Under the pieces are notes generated by a model, which was not told the origin of the DNA, ran no database searches, and worked only from the letters and a program-made list of their open reading frames with translations. From Marsupella aquatica (taxonomy: Eukaryota > Plantae > Marchantiophyta): 64,000 bases of DNA. The DNA lies in assembly GCA_973895155.1 (NCBI GenBank), contig OZ316891.1, forward strand, positions 18,409,987 through 18,473,986, in the 5' to 3' direction. The position numbers and the translations under genes are program-made. Of this stretch, positions 26,343-39,909 are shown one piece after another (the first letter of the stretch is position 1; every line of letters begins with the position of its first letter).

Positions 26343-29300
26343 AATGCGCAACCCTCTCAACAAATATTACCACGAAGGTTGAGGGTAGCATATCGGGAGA
26401 TGGGTATGCCAGCAGAAGGAGAACCATCAGATGCTGATTCCTCATCAAGTAATAATCCAAGTGATGCTGATGAGGAAGAGACACCCCAAACTGATGACCA
26501 GGTCATGCATGACCAAGACAGAGCCATGGATGACTTCATGGTTGATTGGTTTGGTGCTGATGTTGGGGATGGTGTCCATGACATTAGTGTTGAAGGAGCT
26601 GCCCCCCAAAATGACCCACGACCACAACATACTCCTGAGGGACAACAACAATGGAAGGAGGCTGAGGAACATGCCCGGACACCTATCTTTGAGGGTGCTC
26701 GGTTGAGTCGGTTGTCAGCCATATTGGGGTTGTTGAACATTCAGGCTAAACATAAGGCAAGCAATTCTATGTTATCAGACATATTTGAATATTGTCATGA
26801 CCTGATGTTACCTAGTGAGAATGTGTTGCCAGGAACCTGGAAGGATGCAAAAAAGATTCTCTCATCCATTGGCATGGATTACCATATCATTCATGCGTGT
26901 GTGAATGATTGCATGTTATTTCATGGGGACAAAGCCCATGTCATAGTATGCACCGTGTGTCATGAGCCACGGTATGATCCAAACATGCTAACCCAGAAGG
27001 TGCCAAGGAAAGTTGTTCGTTGGTTCCCCATTATTCCTCGCTTGTTGCACATGTATAGATGTTCTAACTTGGCCGAGTTGATGGTATGGCACAAGAAGCA
27101 TCGTTCAGAGCTTGGTGTGATGCGATTACCAGTTGACTCTCCTGCTCATAAACATGTAGAGTCAACATGGCCAGATTTTGAGCGTGACCCTCGGCATGTG
27201 CGATTGGGGTTGGCTTCAGATGGGGTTAGCCCTCATTCACTTGGGGGGAAGGGGAGGCCTACATCGGTTTGGCCAGTGGTTCTCATGAATTACAACCTTC
27301 CACCATGGTTGTCCATGAAAAAGGGCTTTTTGTTGTTATCTTTGATTATCCTAGGGCCAAAGAAGGTGAAGAACATGGACACCTACATGGCATTACTGGT
27401 TTAGGAACTCCAAAAATTATGGGAGGGAGTGTGGGCATATGATGGTCGAAAGATTACAGAGGGTTTATCACGGGTTTTCAAACTGAAAGGGATTTGTATG
27501 TGGATCATGCATGACTATCCAGGTAAGAACTGTTACACTCTAGTACTTACTTATTTAATTTCCATCATATGAGGATGCATGGTATTATTTTCTTTTCTTT
27601 GTCAATCATAACACAATCATTTGCTGATGTATTTTTTGGCAGGCTTTGGTTTTGTCAGTGGGTTGCAAACCCAAGGCTACAAAGCTTGCTCCACTTGTGG
27701 CCCATGCCTTGGTGATATAGCCAAGTACTCATCGCACCTTCACAAGATTATTTATCTTGGGCATACAAAATTTCTCCCAATGGGACATGCAATGAGGTTT
27801 GATCCACTTCTATTTTCCTCCATTGATATGCTGCTTGGTGATGAGCGTGAAGTACCTGAGCCAACAACTTTTGCACACTGGAAAGACTTGGCTGATAGAG
27901 TGGCTGACCCTGAGGATCCCATGCAGTTTGAGGGTAGTGGGTTGACAAGGTGGAGTACGTATTCTAACCACTTTGCCCTATTGGGGAGAATTGAAGATCT
28001 GTCATCTATTAGATCCCATGCACATTGAGGGGAATGTGGGAAAGGCATTGATAAAAGCTTTCTATGGAGAGAAGGACACTAACTTCAGGGAGGCTTGTGA
28101 GGATCTTGAGATGCATCCAGATGTGTGGGCGACAACTGATCCAGTTACAGGGATGGAACACCGACCATCAGCTCCATGGGTGCTTCCTGTTGGACAACAA
28201 AGGGAGTTTTGAAATTGCATAGGAGACATGAGGTTTCCTACCGGTTATGGAGCCAATCTTCGAAAGGCTTTTGGGATGGAGGACAATCATAAGTGGCCAC
28301 GATATTTGAAGACACATGACTACCACCGACTATTGCAACATATATTGCCCGTGGCAATACTAGGTTTGGCAAGTGAAGAAGTGCAAGATGCCCTTTGGTC
28401 ATTGGGAAAACTATTGAGATGGATATGCTCAAAGGAGATTTATAGTGAGGAGATCCCAGGGATGAAGGTATTGGCTGTAGAGGTGGTGTGCAAGTTGGAG
28501 AAGGCCCTCCCTCCTTCCTTTTTTGATTGTCAAGTGCATTTACTTGTTCACCTTGTTCATGAGGTTGCCATTGCGGGTCCTGTGCATTGTCGGTGGATGT
28601 ATTGGTTGGAACGATACATGACAATTTTAAAGGGATATGTACGAAACCGTGCAAGAGTTGAGGGAAGCATGGCTACAGGATATTTGGCAGTAGAAAGTAT
28701 GTTTTATTGCAGCAACATATTAGCCACAATAGATTGTACCTCTCCCCGTACTTGGAACGAGGAGAGGGAGGATGAAGTGGATCGTTTGACAGGGGCCACC
28801 AAAACCCGCATGTTGACACCCATGGAGTTGAAGCAACTGAGTACATTCATGTTGAGTAACAGCACTATCATGGAAGAATGGAGGAACTTCTATGAAGAGG
28901 CCAAAAGTAACAGTCGGAGGCCAAGGATCTTTCCCAAGTGTCATGACTATATGAAGGCAAAGCTAGTTGAGGTGGATGACATGGTGGCCAGGGGAGAGAG
29001 TATATTACATTTTCCAACCATCATAGATGATGTCCGTACCATTATGCATGGTCCCTTGAGAATTGTAACATCAAGGACAGCAATGTGGACACAAGGGAGG
29101 CATTTCAGGTGATTGATCCTACATACCTTACTAACCATCCTCTCTTAATATTTTTGTCAAACGTGATATTAGTTATGTATATTGGAAATATATTTGTGGT
29201 GTATTATGTTAAAATTGTAATATGTTTGCATCTATTTTTTTGTAACATGTCCATATGGTTTCACTAAATTTAGGATTTCTTCCCTTGATGAGAAGAGGGG

Positions 29301-29787
29301 TCGTACATTTGATTGTGGAGTTCAAGGACAATTCTCTCAAGATTCTCGCAGCAGTCGTCACGGCAGATATATTATTCGAGATGTTGTGCCACATTATGGA
29401 AAAATAGAGGAGATCCTAGTGGTATCATATGATGCATAGTCAAAGTTTCAACAGTATATCTTCAAGTGCAAGTAGTTCAAAGTGAACCTTGCAGGTAACA
29501 ATCCCACTGTGGTTCAAGATGAGTGTGGATTTACACGACTCAAGACGTCTGCCACTAGTTTCCAGCCATCGCACTGGCAAACATCAAAGCCATTTACATT
29601 TCCAAGCCATGTGGAGCAATGTTTCTATATTCCATACCCCCCAAACCCAGAGGAGTGGTCACTTGTCATCACGTATGTGCCACAATCTCGTTCTATTATT
29701 GGGGAAAGGCCTGATGTTATGGTTGTGTCCCGCCTGATGAGGATGTGGACCAAGAATGAGGGATATGTATATTATGCGAATATATAG
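26343..29787 (+). pseudogene. tnpD: CACTA TnpD transposase (Transposase_21 + DUF4218 + DUF4216-like), disrupted
   Basis: IHACVNDCMLF, CTVCHEPRY, WFPIIPRL, RLGLASDG, WPVVLMNYNLPPW, WIMHDYPG, LDPMHIEGNV, LKTHDYHRLLQ, FFDCQVHLLVHL, RWMYWLER, EGSMATGY, DECGFT, VEQCFY. Introns at 27523-27642 and ~29109-29272. Stops at 27402, 28210 and ~29440-29475, plus a frameshift near 27965. Confidence 0.95.
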
Positions 29788-29979
29788 TGATGCCAATTCC
29801 TATCATTGGATTCATATTTATGATGATTTCTCTGTCTTCTTTGTTGAAGATATATTCATGTGCATTTGTGAATTGATCATGTCATTTTGAAATGTCATTG
29901 ATATACTCTAAACCCTAAACTCCATGCCTCCACACCTTTTGCTAGACTTTGTGTTATGACAACTCATGCTACTTGTACT

Positions 29980-30830
29980 CTTTCTCCTTCCTCCTTTCCT
30001 TGACACACCTCCTTTCTCCCTAAATCCCTCTTTCCTTTTCACTCTCTTAACCTAAACCCTGGCTCCTTAATTTCTCCATCATATATATAATTATATACAT
30101 CCTCCCTCCTTCCCTCTGGCTCCTTTCCTTGTCCAAAATCCTTTCTCCCTCTTACCTAAACTGACCCTCCCTAACTTGTCCCGGCCTCCCTCCTTTCCTT
30201 GTCTCACCCCCTTTAATCCCTCTTAAGTACCTATACTGGCCCTCCCTAACTTGTCCCTCCAACCTGCCCCATCCTTTCCTTGTCCCACCCCCTCATCCCT
30301 GTACCCTAAATTCATGGCCCACCCTCCTCCTTCCCCTTCCCTCACTTCCTTGTCCCATCCTGGACCCTTACTTTCTTCCTCTTACCCATATATAACCAAA
30401 CTCCTTCCTCCCTCCTTTCCTTGTCCCAAACCCTTTCTCCCTCTTACCTAAATTAATTGGCCAACCCTCCTCCTTCCTCCCTCTTTTCCTTTTCCCTCCC
30501 TCCTTTCCTTGTTCCAAGCCCTTTCTCCCTCTTACCTATATTAATTGGCTAACCCTCTTCCTTACTCCATCTTTTCCTTTTCCCCTTCTTGTCCCCCGTG
30601 TCTCCTTAATTTCTCCCTCTTACCTTGCCTATACCCTCTTTCCTCCCTCGATTCCTTGCATCCCACCCCTTTCTCCCTCTTACCTATATACCGGCCTTCC
30701 CTAAATTGGCGCACCCTCCTCCTTCCTCCCTCCTTTCCTTGTCCCAACCGTCCCCTTTCTCCCTCTTTCTCCCTCCTACCCTTGTCCCTCCATCGTCCCT
30801 CACTTGGCCCATCCCTTTTTTTCTCCTAAA
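29980..30830. repeat. Degenerate CT-rich (polypyrimidine) repeat tract in the CACTA-1 3' region
   Basis: Recurring cctcctttccttgtccc / ctttctccctcttaccta units. Confidence 0.8.
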
Positions 30831-31559
30831 TTACCTTCAATGTCACTTATTAATTTTGCGAACTATTTTGCGAACAAGATTCCTTTGCAATACCTTCGCT
30901 AAACATTTCCGATAAAATAATATTTGCAACTTGTCCATTCCCACATCCTCGCAATCTTGCGAATCAACCCGCATCATAAATTTGCGAACCGTATTTCATC
31001 GCAAGCATTGTTGCCAAAGTCGGCATGATATTGCGATATTAGTCTCTTCGCATAGTTGCCATACATTCATGTTCGCAAACTTGCGATAGAATGAGTCTCA
31101 CAAAAGTCCGAGCGAGGGCTGATGACTCACAAAAATATTGAGGGTATTAAGATCGCATAGTAGTTGCGATGACGAACGATTCACAAACGCGTCCGAATGG
31201 AAATGATATCGCAACATGTTTGCAATTAAGTAAGCACCGCAAGCATTTGAGATGGATTCCGCATCGCAAATTGGGGTTGCGATGCTATTATGATCGCTAA
31301 TTGAGATGAGTTATTGCAAAGCGAGCGATGGACAGTGTCTTGCAGGGCGTTTCAGCGCAACTAAATCGCCTTCGCAAAAAGGCCCAATATGTAGTAGTGA
31401 TCTTGGATACTTTGGTGGGCACCAATCTAGAATTTCACTCTTTAATAAGTAAAAGAAGATACCTTACAGGAATGCTCCAAAGTATCGTTTATATATAGAT
31501 GACATCTCGTTCATAGATAACTTGATAACAATGGCAGAGATCATCCCATCTATTTTGCA

Positions 31560-33174
31560 AGTAGACTCCTAGCTGCTGCTAAAAAGAACTATTCTGCTAC
31601 CGATCGAGAAGCTCTAGGGATAGTCTACTCGTGCAAGAAGTTTTGACACTACTTGCTGGGCTACAAGGTAGTATTTCACACTGACCATAATGCTCTGAAA
31701 TATATGGTCAACAAACCTGATTTGATTGGGAGAGTGGCAAGGTGGATGCTACTACTCCAAGAATTTGACTATGACATCCGGGTGCGGCCAGGTAAGCAAC
31801 ACACAAATTATGCTGATTTTTCCTCCAGGATTGAAGGACCAGCAGATGAGAAGGTGATTGATGATCAATTCCCTGATGAGGACTTATTCCAAGTCAATCT
31901 CAACCCGCCAACCTGGTATAAGGATATCATCGATTTTCTATCCTCGGCAAGGATGCCAAGGGAGATGAACCAAGAGGTTGGTGCTGTCTTTTTGAGAAAG
32001 ACCAGACCCTACAGGCTGATCAAGGGAGTGCTACACAAGGAAGGAGTTGATGGAACGATCAGGAGATGCTTGGAGAAGAAGGAAGTAGAGGTAGTGATAA
32101 GAGCTTTACATGAAGAAGAGGCCAGAGGACATTTTGCAGCAGCAACCACATCAAGGAAGGTCATGGATGCTGGTTATTGGTGGCCTACTTTGCACAAGGA
32201 TGTTCAGTTGTTTATCAGGGCTTGCGACCCCTGCCAACGGACAGGTAAACCAGCTTTCTCGCAACATCATCCTCTTACTCCAATTTTGCCTCTAGCTCCT
32301 TTTGAGAAGTGGGGTATTGACTTCATTGGTCCAATCACCCCAGTCACTAAGAGTCGCAAGAATAGATACATCCTACTAGCTACTGATTATGCTACCAAGT
32401 GGGTAGAAGCTAGACCAACAGCAGGGGACGATGCCAAAACAGTGGCCAGATTTCTATATGAGCAGATTTTCTGTAGATTTGGACCACCCTTAGAACTAGT
32501 GAGTGATCGGGGGACCCATTTCTTGAATACAACTATCGAGGAGCTTACCAACCAGTATTGGGTGAAGCACCAAAAGACCACTCCTTATCATCCGAAGGCT
32601 AATGGTCTGACAAAAAGAGCTAATGGAATCATTGGCAAAATTCTCAACAAGACGGTGGCATCTCACAAGACTGATTGGGACGTCAAGCTCTATTCGGCGG
32701 TGTATGCTTACAACCTGGCCTACAAGACCACAACAGGTCAGACGCCATACTTCCTGGTTTTTGGACAACACGCTCTTGTACCGGTTGAATTTGAAGTGCC
32801 TTCCTTGAGAGTCGCTTTGGAAGATAGAATGCCGGCGGGTTTAAGTCTAAGGGAGAGAACATGCCAACTGGAGAGATTGGAGGAGACTAGGGAGCATGCC
32901 AGCGAGCGCTTGGAGCATCAACAGCAGCTTGCAAAGAAATATCATGACAAGAAGATCAAGCCCACCCCACTACAGACTGGTGACTTGGTCTTGCTATGTG
33001 ATTCTCGCTATGTCCATTTCCTGGGTAAGCTTCATACTCGCTGGTTGGGGCCATACAATGTGCATACTGTTTTTCAGAATGGCTCAGTCCAACGTACTGG
33101 CAACATTGGAGGGTGAAGTTTATCCAGTCAGGGTACACTTTGATCGGCTCAAGAAGTATCACATGGGAGTTTAG
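31560..33174 (+). mobile_element. pol: Ty3/Gypsy pol fragment: RNase H C-terminus + integrase
   Basis: KNYSATDREALGIVY, HTDHNALKY, RVARWMLLLQEFD, HHCC zinc finger (H...GHF...YWWP...CDPCQ), DDE core (WGIDFIGP, SDRGTHF, YHPKANG), GPY motif. Stop at ~31645 and frameshift near 33090. Confidence 0.93.
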
Positions 33175-33211
33175 TGTTTGCGAGGACGCTTCACAATTGA
33201 GACGGGGGCTA

Positions 33212-34780
33212 TGTGAGCCGCTCAATTAGTGGGTTAAATTAGTTTTAGGTTAGATTTTTTTCTTTTTTGTTCTAAGTAAGCATATTATGCCTGTAAATGA
33301 GTGGGAAGTAGAAGTGAAACTGAAGTAAACTCTCTTCAGTAAAGCAGAGTAAGAAAGTTTAATTAGTTTAAACCATGGTTAACTTAACACTGGATTAGTG
33401 GATTAGATAGGTAATCAGATCCTTAGAGTTTGTAATTTAGGCTGGGATTTTTTCTGAAGGTTCTAGGCAGGCCGTGGAGAACCCTTGTAAAAGTGCAAGT
33501 AATTTCGACCGTTCATTTAGAAGCTATTTACAGTGGAACAAAACTTAAAATAGCCAACTTGCAAGACCTAGGGAAAATAGCCATAGAGCAACAAATGTAT
33601 TTTGAAGGCTAGCCATGGTGTTACTATACCTATCACTATCTCTTAGAATTACTAAACCTAGTTTTGGACTTATGGATACTTTTTAGGAGTGGTCCGAATT
33701 CTGTAAAAGTAGCTATGAATTATGACGGATTGCAGACTTTGAACAATTATAGAAAAACCAAGTTTAGTTATATATCAATTCTAAGAATTTTTTTAGGAAG
33801 CCCTAGGGCTAGGAAAGCCAGGAGTATGTTCATAATAGTTTTTTTTCTTATGAGTAAGTTTTGAGCTATAGGCGAAGATGGCTAATGTTAAATGCCATAA
33901 GTAGCACTTAAAGGGATGACTACTTTGGAGGCTGACTTAGTCCCTGATTTGGAGGGATAGGACAGCCAAGTCAGGAGGTGAGGTGGACCTGAATGAAGGG
34001 CTGAAATCAAGGAATTGATTTAGGCTTTCGAAAGGTTACCAACTAGCTCATTAGTTAGGTAAGACAAACAAGTGAGTTAGTGAGATAGTTAGAAGGATAA
34101 GTAAGGATCTTTGACCCCCTTGGAAGGTGGGCTGGTCTTTTTTTAGTGGTGAGTCACTTGCTGGCCTTTGGGGTGGTTTTGGACTTTGTGATGAGTTGAA
34201 GCCAAGCAAGGAGTACTTAAGTTGGTGTGAGTTACTTTGTGTGGGTCCAAGTATGGAGAATCAAGGAGTAGCACTAAGAGACCTTAGGGGAACTAAGGTA
34301 GATGTTCTAGGGGTACTAGAACTCAAGTGTATGCCTTGAGGCTTGAGAGAACCATAGTGTTAAGTAGTAGGAGTTGAAGAAGCTAAAGTATAGCAAGTAG
34401 GTAGTGACAACCTACCCATGTACTTCCTTTGAAATTCTTATGAAATTTCAGCGCATTTCTGGGAAAGAAATTGTTGATGTGCACTCATCTGAAATCTTGA
34501 GACCCTTGTGGTCTAGCATGTTGCTCATATGATTGTTGTGAGTCCAGAAGTCTTCTCCTTGGGTAGGGGAGACCTAGATTAGTTGTCTTGCCGGGTAGGG
34601 GGACATTTCCAGCGATGGAAACCAAAGAATACCCATTTCTGGTGACGAAAACCAAATACATCTGCACAGTCTCAAGGAGAAGCAAAGGCTTAATGGAAAT
34701 AGAGGTAGTTCCTTCTTATGGAGCTTCCCTCCCGTAGTTCCTGGTGATAAAGAGCTATCAAGTGCAAGCTTTTAGTACAA
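33212..34780 (+). mobile_element. Probable 3' LTR of the Gypsy element (right boundary uncertain)
   Basis: Polypurine tract GAGACGGGGG is followed by TGTGAGCC at 33212, just after the integrase stop. No partner LTR is in the window. Confidence 0.5.
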
Positions 34781-37700
34781 TAAGGCTTATTAGCTCATAA
34801 GCGAGGGTCTGACACTCTCCCACTCCAAAGGTCGTTGTGGGTGTTCAGGGGTTATTAATGGTGGATAAATATGCTCATCAAAATGACAATCTAAAAATCT
34901 GTCTTTAAAAATGTCGCCTGTTGTAGGCTCCATATATCTGATTATGGACGGTGAGTCAAATCCGATGTATATCCCCAACTATCGTTGGGGTCCCATCTTG
35001 GTTCGTTTGGGTGGAGTAATGGGGACCATTACTTGACATCCAAATGAACGAAGGTGGGATAGATTGGGTTTGATACCGTTAGCAATTTGGTATGGGCTAT
35101 AAGTATTAAAAGCTGATAGGCAGTATTGAATTAATGCGTTAGCCTGTAATATGGCATGTCCCCATGCTGAGACGGGGAGTTTCGACTGTATTAGTAGTGG
35201 GCGTGCAATTAGCTAGTGATGTACAGAAGTCGTCAAATGTTTCAGATGTGAATTCCCCTGCATTGTCCACCCTTAGTGTCTTAATGGGGTGGTCAGGAAA
35301 TTGTGCCTTCACGCGCAAGATTTGCGCCAAGATGCGAGGCATAACCATGTTCCGCGTCGAAAGTAGGGTCACATTTGACCATTTGGTTGATGCATCGATC
35401 AGTACCATAAAGTAGCGGAATGGTCCGCTCGGTGGGTTAATTGGCCCGTAGACATCCGCATGTATGAGGTCCAAGAATTTTGGTTGACAATTTTGATGTC
35501 GTGGGCCTTGTTATTAGTTTGCCGCGTGAGCATGCAGTGCATGGAGTGCTAGCTGGAATGTGGTGTATGTTAGTTGGAATGCCTCATGAATTCTTAATAA
35601 TTTTGCTTAGCATGGATTGACCGGGGTGGCCAAGGCGTGCATGCCAAAGTGCAGGCAATTCACTTTGTTATAGTGCATTGTTATGCAAACATTCAATTTC
35701 GGTTACGTAAAACCCGCATGGGTACGAGAAAAGAGTTTCTTTAATGATTTTCCCCATAGGGGTATTTTTAACCAAATGGATTACTTCCTGGTCTTTTGTA
35801 TTGCCTGTGTGGACGTGTAGTCCATTTGCTTGTATATCCCTAAAGCTTAGAAGATTACGGGTTGCATTTGGGGCGAAGATAGTTGATTCTATCTGGATTT
35901 CTGTACCCTGCGGAAGTCGAATAGAAGCTGGGCCGAAGCCCTCTTCTATCTGGCTTGGACCATTGATAGTGGTCAGTGATCTACTTGAAGGTGGACCCGT
36001 AAGTTTAGCCATTCTTGGCGGGCTCTAGGTAATTCGACCAATTTCTGGTGGTCGAATTGGGTCTTAAGCGCTGTCCATAGCTCGCGAGGGGTGGTGAGAT
36101 GCATGTACTGTCTCTACAGGAACCTATGGATATGGCGTCTAAGAAATACTAGGGCCTTTGATTCATTGGCCTTGGTTAGCGGATCTGGTTGAGGTTCGTC
36201 TGCTAGTATGGGTTGAGCTATCCCTATAGCTGGGAGTAGGGTTAAAGAGGTCAGGTTCTCCTTGAGGTTCATGGACCACTCGAGGTAATTGTTACCATCA
36301 ATTTCTAAGGCTGGGAAGGTCAATTTCTCTAGGTTGGCCATCTAGGGATGCTATGTCTCTAGCTTTCTAAGTTCCTTTTAATGGTAAAAGTTGACAAAGT
36401 ATATTTATGCGGCATGCAAGTTTGCTTTTTAGGGTTCTTTAACCCTAAATGCATTTTAGGTTGGGTGCCGCATGCCATTTAAATGTAAAGGGTTGGTTTT
36501 GTGAAAATGTGCACTTAGATTCGAGTTTTCGTGTGTTTATGGTTAATTGCATATTTCTTTTGTATTCTGTGTTTTCTTTGTATCGATTGTGCGGTTATCC
36601 GGGTTTGCAGTTATGGTTACGTGCAACTTCTCCTTTGTAAGTGAGATTTCTTTGACAGATTGTGCGCTTAGGTATTTTGCACTTAAATGTGCATTTATGG
36701 TTAAGTGCAACTTTTCCTTTGTATCTAAAATCTCTTTGACGGATTTTGCAATTAAAGAGGGTTTTGCACTTAGCAGCGGTTTCTCGACGTTCCTCGACGT
36801 TTTTCGATTGAATGTTGTGAGATTTTTCTAGCACTTGGCGGTTGCGCCCTTTGTGTTCTCGTTGCTCTTCTCTACCTCCTTCTGCAACTCCTCGTTCTTG
36901 CCTTCGATTTGTTTCCGAGTTCTTTCAATCCCTTCTTACGGCATTTCAGTTTTAGCCTTTCTGCTGCTTCGTTTGGCTACGATAGGATCTCTCTTGCTTA
37001 CTTCTTTCTCGATCTTCTATTCCTGCTCTCTGGCTCTTCCTTTTCTGAATCTTTTTGATTTTGTTTGTTTGCTCTCCTTTTTCAATGACCGATGATTTCC
37101 TGATTCTGTTGCTCGGCCTTCCTTCAAATGTCTTCTTGGATTTCTATTCATTCGATGTCCTTATTGGGTTTCGTTTATCCTTCGCTTTTCTTTAATCCTG
37201 CTCTTTCTTTTGATTCTATTCCTTCGATGTCCTCATCAGGTGGCGCCTTATGTTTTTGATTAGTTTTCTTCTCACTCAATCCTTGTTCATGCCTTTCTCA
37301 GCTTTTCTCTTTCTTTCTTCTATTTTCGCTTCCATGTATGGGCAAATTTTATTTCCCCGTGTCTTCATATGTTTTTCTTCGCTTCTGGCAATTTTGATCT
37401 CTTCACTCTTGAATTTCTTTTGGATACCTGTTGTGTCCTTTGATCTCTCTCGGACTTTGCAATTGGCATTGGGCGCCTGCAGGGTCCTTATGGATTTCTC
37501 TTCGAATCCTACTCTATTCAATCCTTAGTTTTCGATGCTTTCCTTATCAATTTACTTCTCAGCATGCGGCTCCTCATTGTGTTCTCGATCCGTATCGATC
37601 CAAAGCAGTTGAATGTTCCTTATGGTCTCTTTTTCTATTCAATGCTTTCTTTCAATCTCCATAGCCCTTTGAAAAATTCATGGCCTCCTTGCTCAGCCAC

Positions 37701-38829
37701 GGAGAGGCTAGTGCTGATAACGTGTGATAGGATAATGAATAGTAACTGTGTATAGAATGAGTAGGGTCATGGTACATATAGGTGTGTCGGGTGACCGATT
37801 GGTCCGGTGTCCTAGGAATAGTGAGCTCTCAAGAACACGCGGGGTGCTTGGCTGCATGTGCTAATTATGCTACTTATCACTTGTAAGAGACCTCATGCTT
37901 AGAACCAATTCCCTTGAGAGCTTTGTCCCCTCCCGGCCATTTCTCAAGTTCCTTGGGTTCCCCTGTGCCTTTTGCGGTTTTCTCCAGATAAACTGGGTGG
38001 GAAGGGCGTACCCTTTTCCGCAAGGACTCCTAAGCACTTTTGGTACCAAGAGATATGTGTGATCTACTCCAGATAATGGCAATAACACCAGAGTAGTCGG
38101 GGCCAAGCCCACACTCCACAAATCTCTCCTCCAAGTGATAATCTTCTCTACTTGCTTCTATCAACTCTCGGCTATGATCTCTCTTCTCTTACACTATTAT
38201 GAACACACTCACATCCCCATCTGTGTATCTATATAGTATTAATGGATCTGACGATGCGATAATTGCAGTGTATCCTTCTTCCCCAAACTTCTGTGTAAGA
38301 ACCTGCCTAATATCTACCTTCCTCTTTACTATCAACTTAATGCTCACCGTAGAACGCAAATTCAGAATCTGCGGACTCTCATTCAAATCAATATTGACAT
38401 TCATACTTCCTATTATGCTTACTAACTAAGAGAGGTTCAGTGGTAGAGCCGCCCCTACTTGATCACAGGTTCGTGGACATTATATCTATGGTATTGGCGG
38501 CATAGCCAACCTTGCTAGATTCAAAGCTCCATCTTCAAGGTACTCGAGTGGTGGTAGTGCCTTCCATGATCAAGAATCAAGAAACATAGAACCCTTCCAC
38601 CATAAAAACCGACGGCATAGCCATTCTGTTAGTCCTAGAACCAATGTTCAAGCATTCCTCCAATGCAAATGCACACAATATGCGCTCTATGCACTCTCTA
38701 TCCTCACACTCATACACTTGAAATGCTGGAAAATGGACTCCCCTGGGAGGGCGAGCCTCCCTCTTATTTATAGTTGGAGCCAGGCCACGCTGGTCCCTTT
38801 ACAAGAGTATCCTAGAAGATACAAGAATT

Positions 38830-39065
38830 AGCTAGAACTTACTAGAACTTACTTTTTACCACGGTAAATTCTAGAACTCACTTTTTTACCATGGTAAATT
38901 CTAGAAGTTACCAGAATTTACCTTTTTACTATGGTAAATACTAGAAATTACTATTTACTAAGGTAGATTCTAGAAGTTATTGGAATTTACCTTTTTACTA
39001 TAGTAAATTCTAGAAGTTACTATTTACTATAGTAGATCTTGAAAATTACCAAAACTTATAATTTT
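38830..39065. repeat. Short tandem subrepeats (~28-40 bp) inside the Gypsy LTR
   Basis: Recurring tagaa(c/g)ttac...tttac(c/t)atggtaaattc units. Confidence 0.8.
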
Positions 39066-39909
39066 ACTTGGTAAAACCCAAAATCCCCTTTTTACCACAA
39101 AAACCTCTTCTTTTACATTTTCACACAAAACCAAGCTATTCTTCATATAATCTAATTCCCTTACGACATTCACCCCCACTGAATCTGTGCAGCCTCCGGT
39201 CTGCACCAACCTTCGTCTTCCTCTTCTTCTTCCAAGTTGTCTAGCGCCTCATTTCCTCCAAACCCACTCCTTTGTTTGAAAAGTTTGACTCGTTTCCCTG
39301 CATAAGGTGTACGATGCTCTGTTCCATCCAACTCTCGAATGCTGTAAGTCGCATTTTCATGAACCTTAGTCACCACATAAGGTCCTCCCCACCTCCTTGC
39401 AAACTTCTTAAGTGCCGAATGTTGATTATCCAAACTGTTGTCTGAAATCAACACCCAATCACCTTCGCGGATGGGAATTGGTCGGAGTCGATGGATTTTG
39501 TCAAAGCGAATCTTGTTCTTCAAGCGCGCCTCTGTCACCCTCTCCCTTGCAAGCTTTATCATTTCTGGCTTAAGACTGAAGTGCTCAATCCTTCTTGCAA
39601 TCAGCTCTTCAGTGGAGACCGGATTTCTCCATTCTATGGTGCGCCAACTATAGACATCTTCCTCAATTGGCATGAGTGGTAGATGCCCTTAAACTAGCTC
39701 GACTGGTGGAAACCCAGTGACCGAACTACAAGTGATTCTATCAGCCATGAGTGCCAAAGGTAGCAATTCAGGCTATAGTGAAGGCTTACCATGACACGCC
39801 TTCACTAATGCATTGACAATAGGTGGATGTCCTCTTTCACTTTTGCCATTTGCCTCTGGATTGTAAGCTGTGGTTAGCTTGAGGCGAATATGAAATTTCT
39901 CTAAGAATT

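Larger units (their letters stand above)
20523..31399. mobile_element. CACTA (En/Spm) transposon, full length 10.9 kb (CACTA-1)
   Basis: Left end CACTACAACACTATGGCCCTCTATTGCGAA. Right end TTCGCAAAAAGGCCCAATATGTAGTAGTG. 3-bp TSD ATC at 20520-20522 and 31400-31402. Dense TCGCAA/TTGCGA subterminal motifs at both ends. Internal TnpD transposase. Confidence 0.96.

Noticed and set aside
36835-37530. Hydrophobic or K/E-rich ORFs between the Copia PBS and gag as an env-like or extra gene
   Set aside because: Low-complexity purine-skewed leader sequence, with short frames broken by stops.
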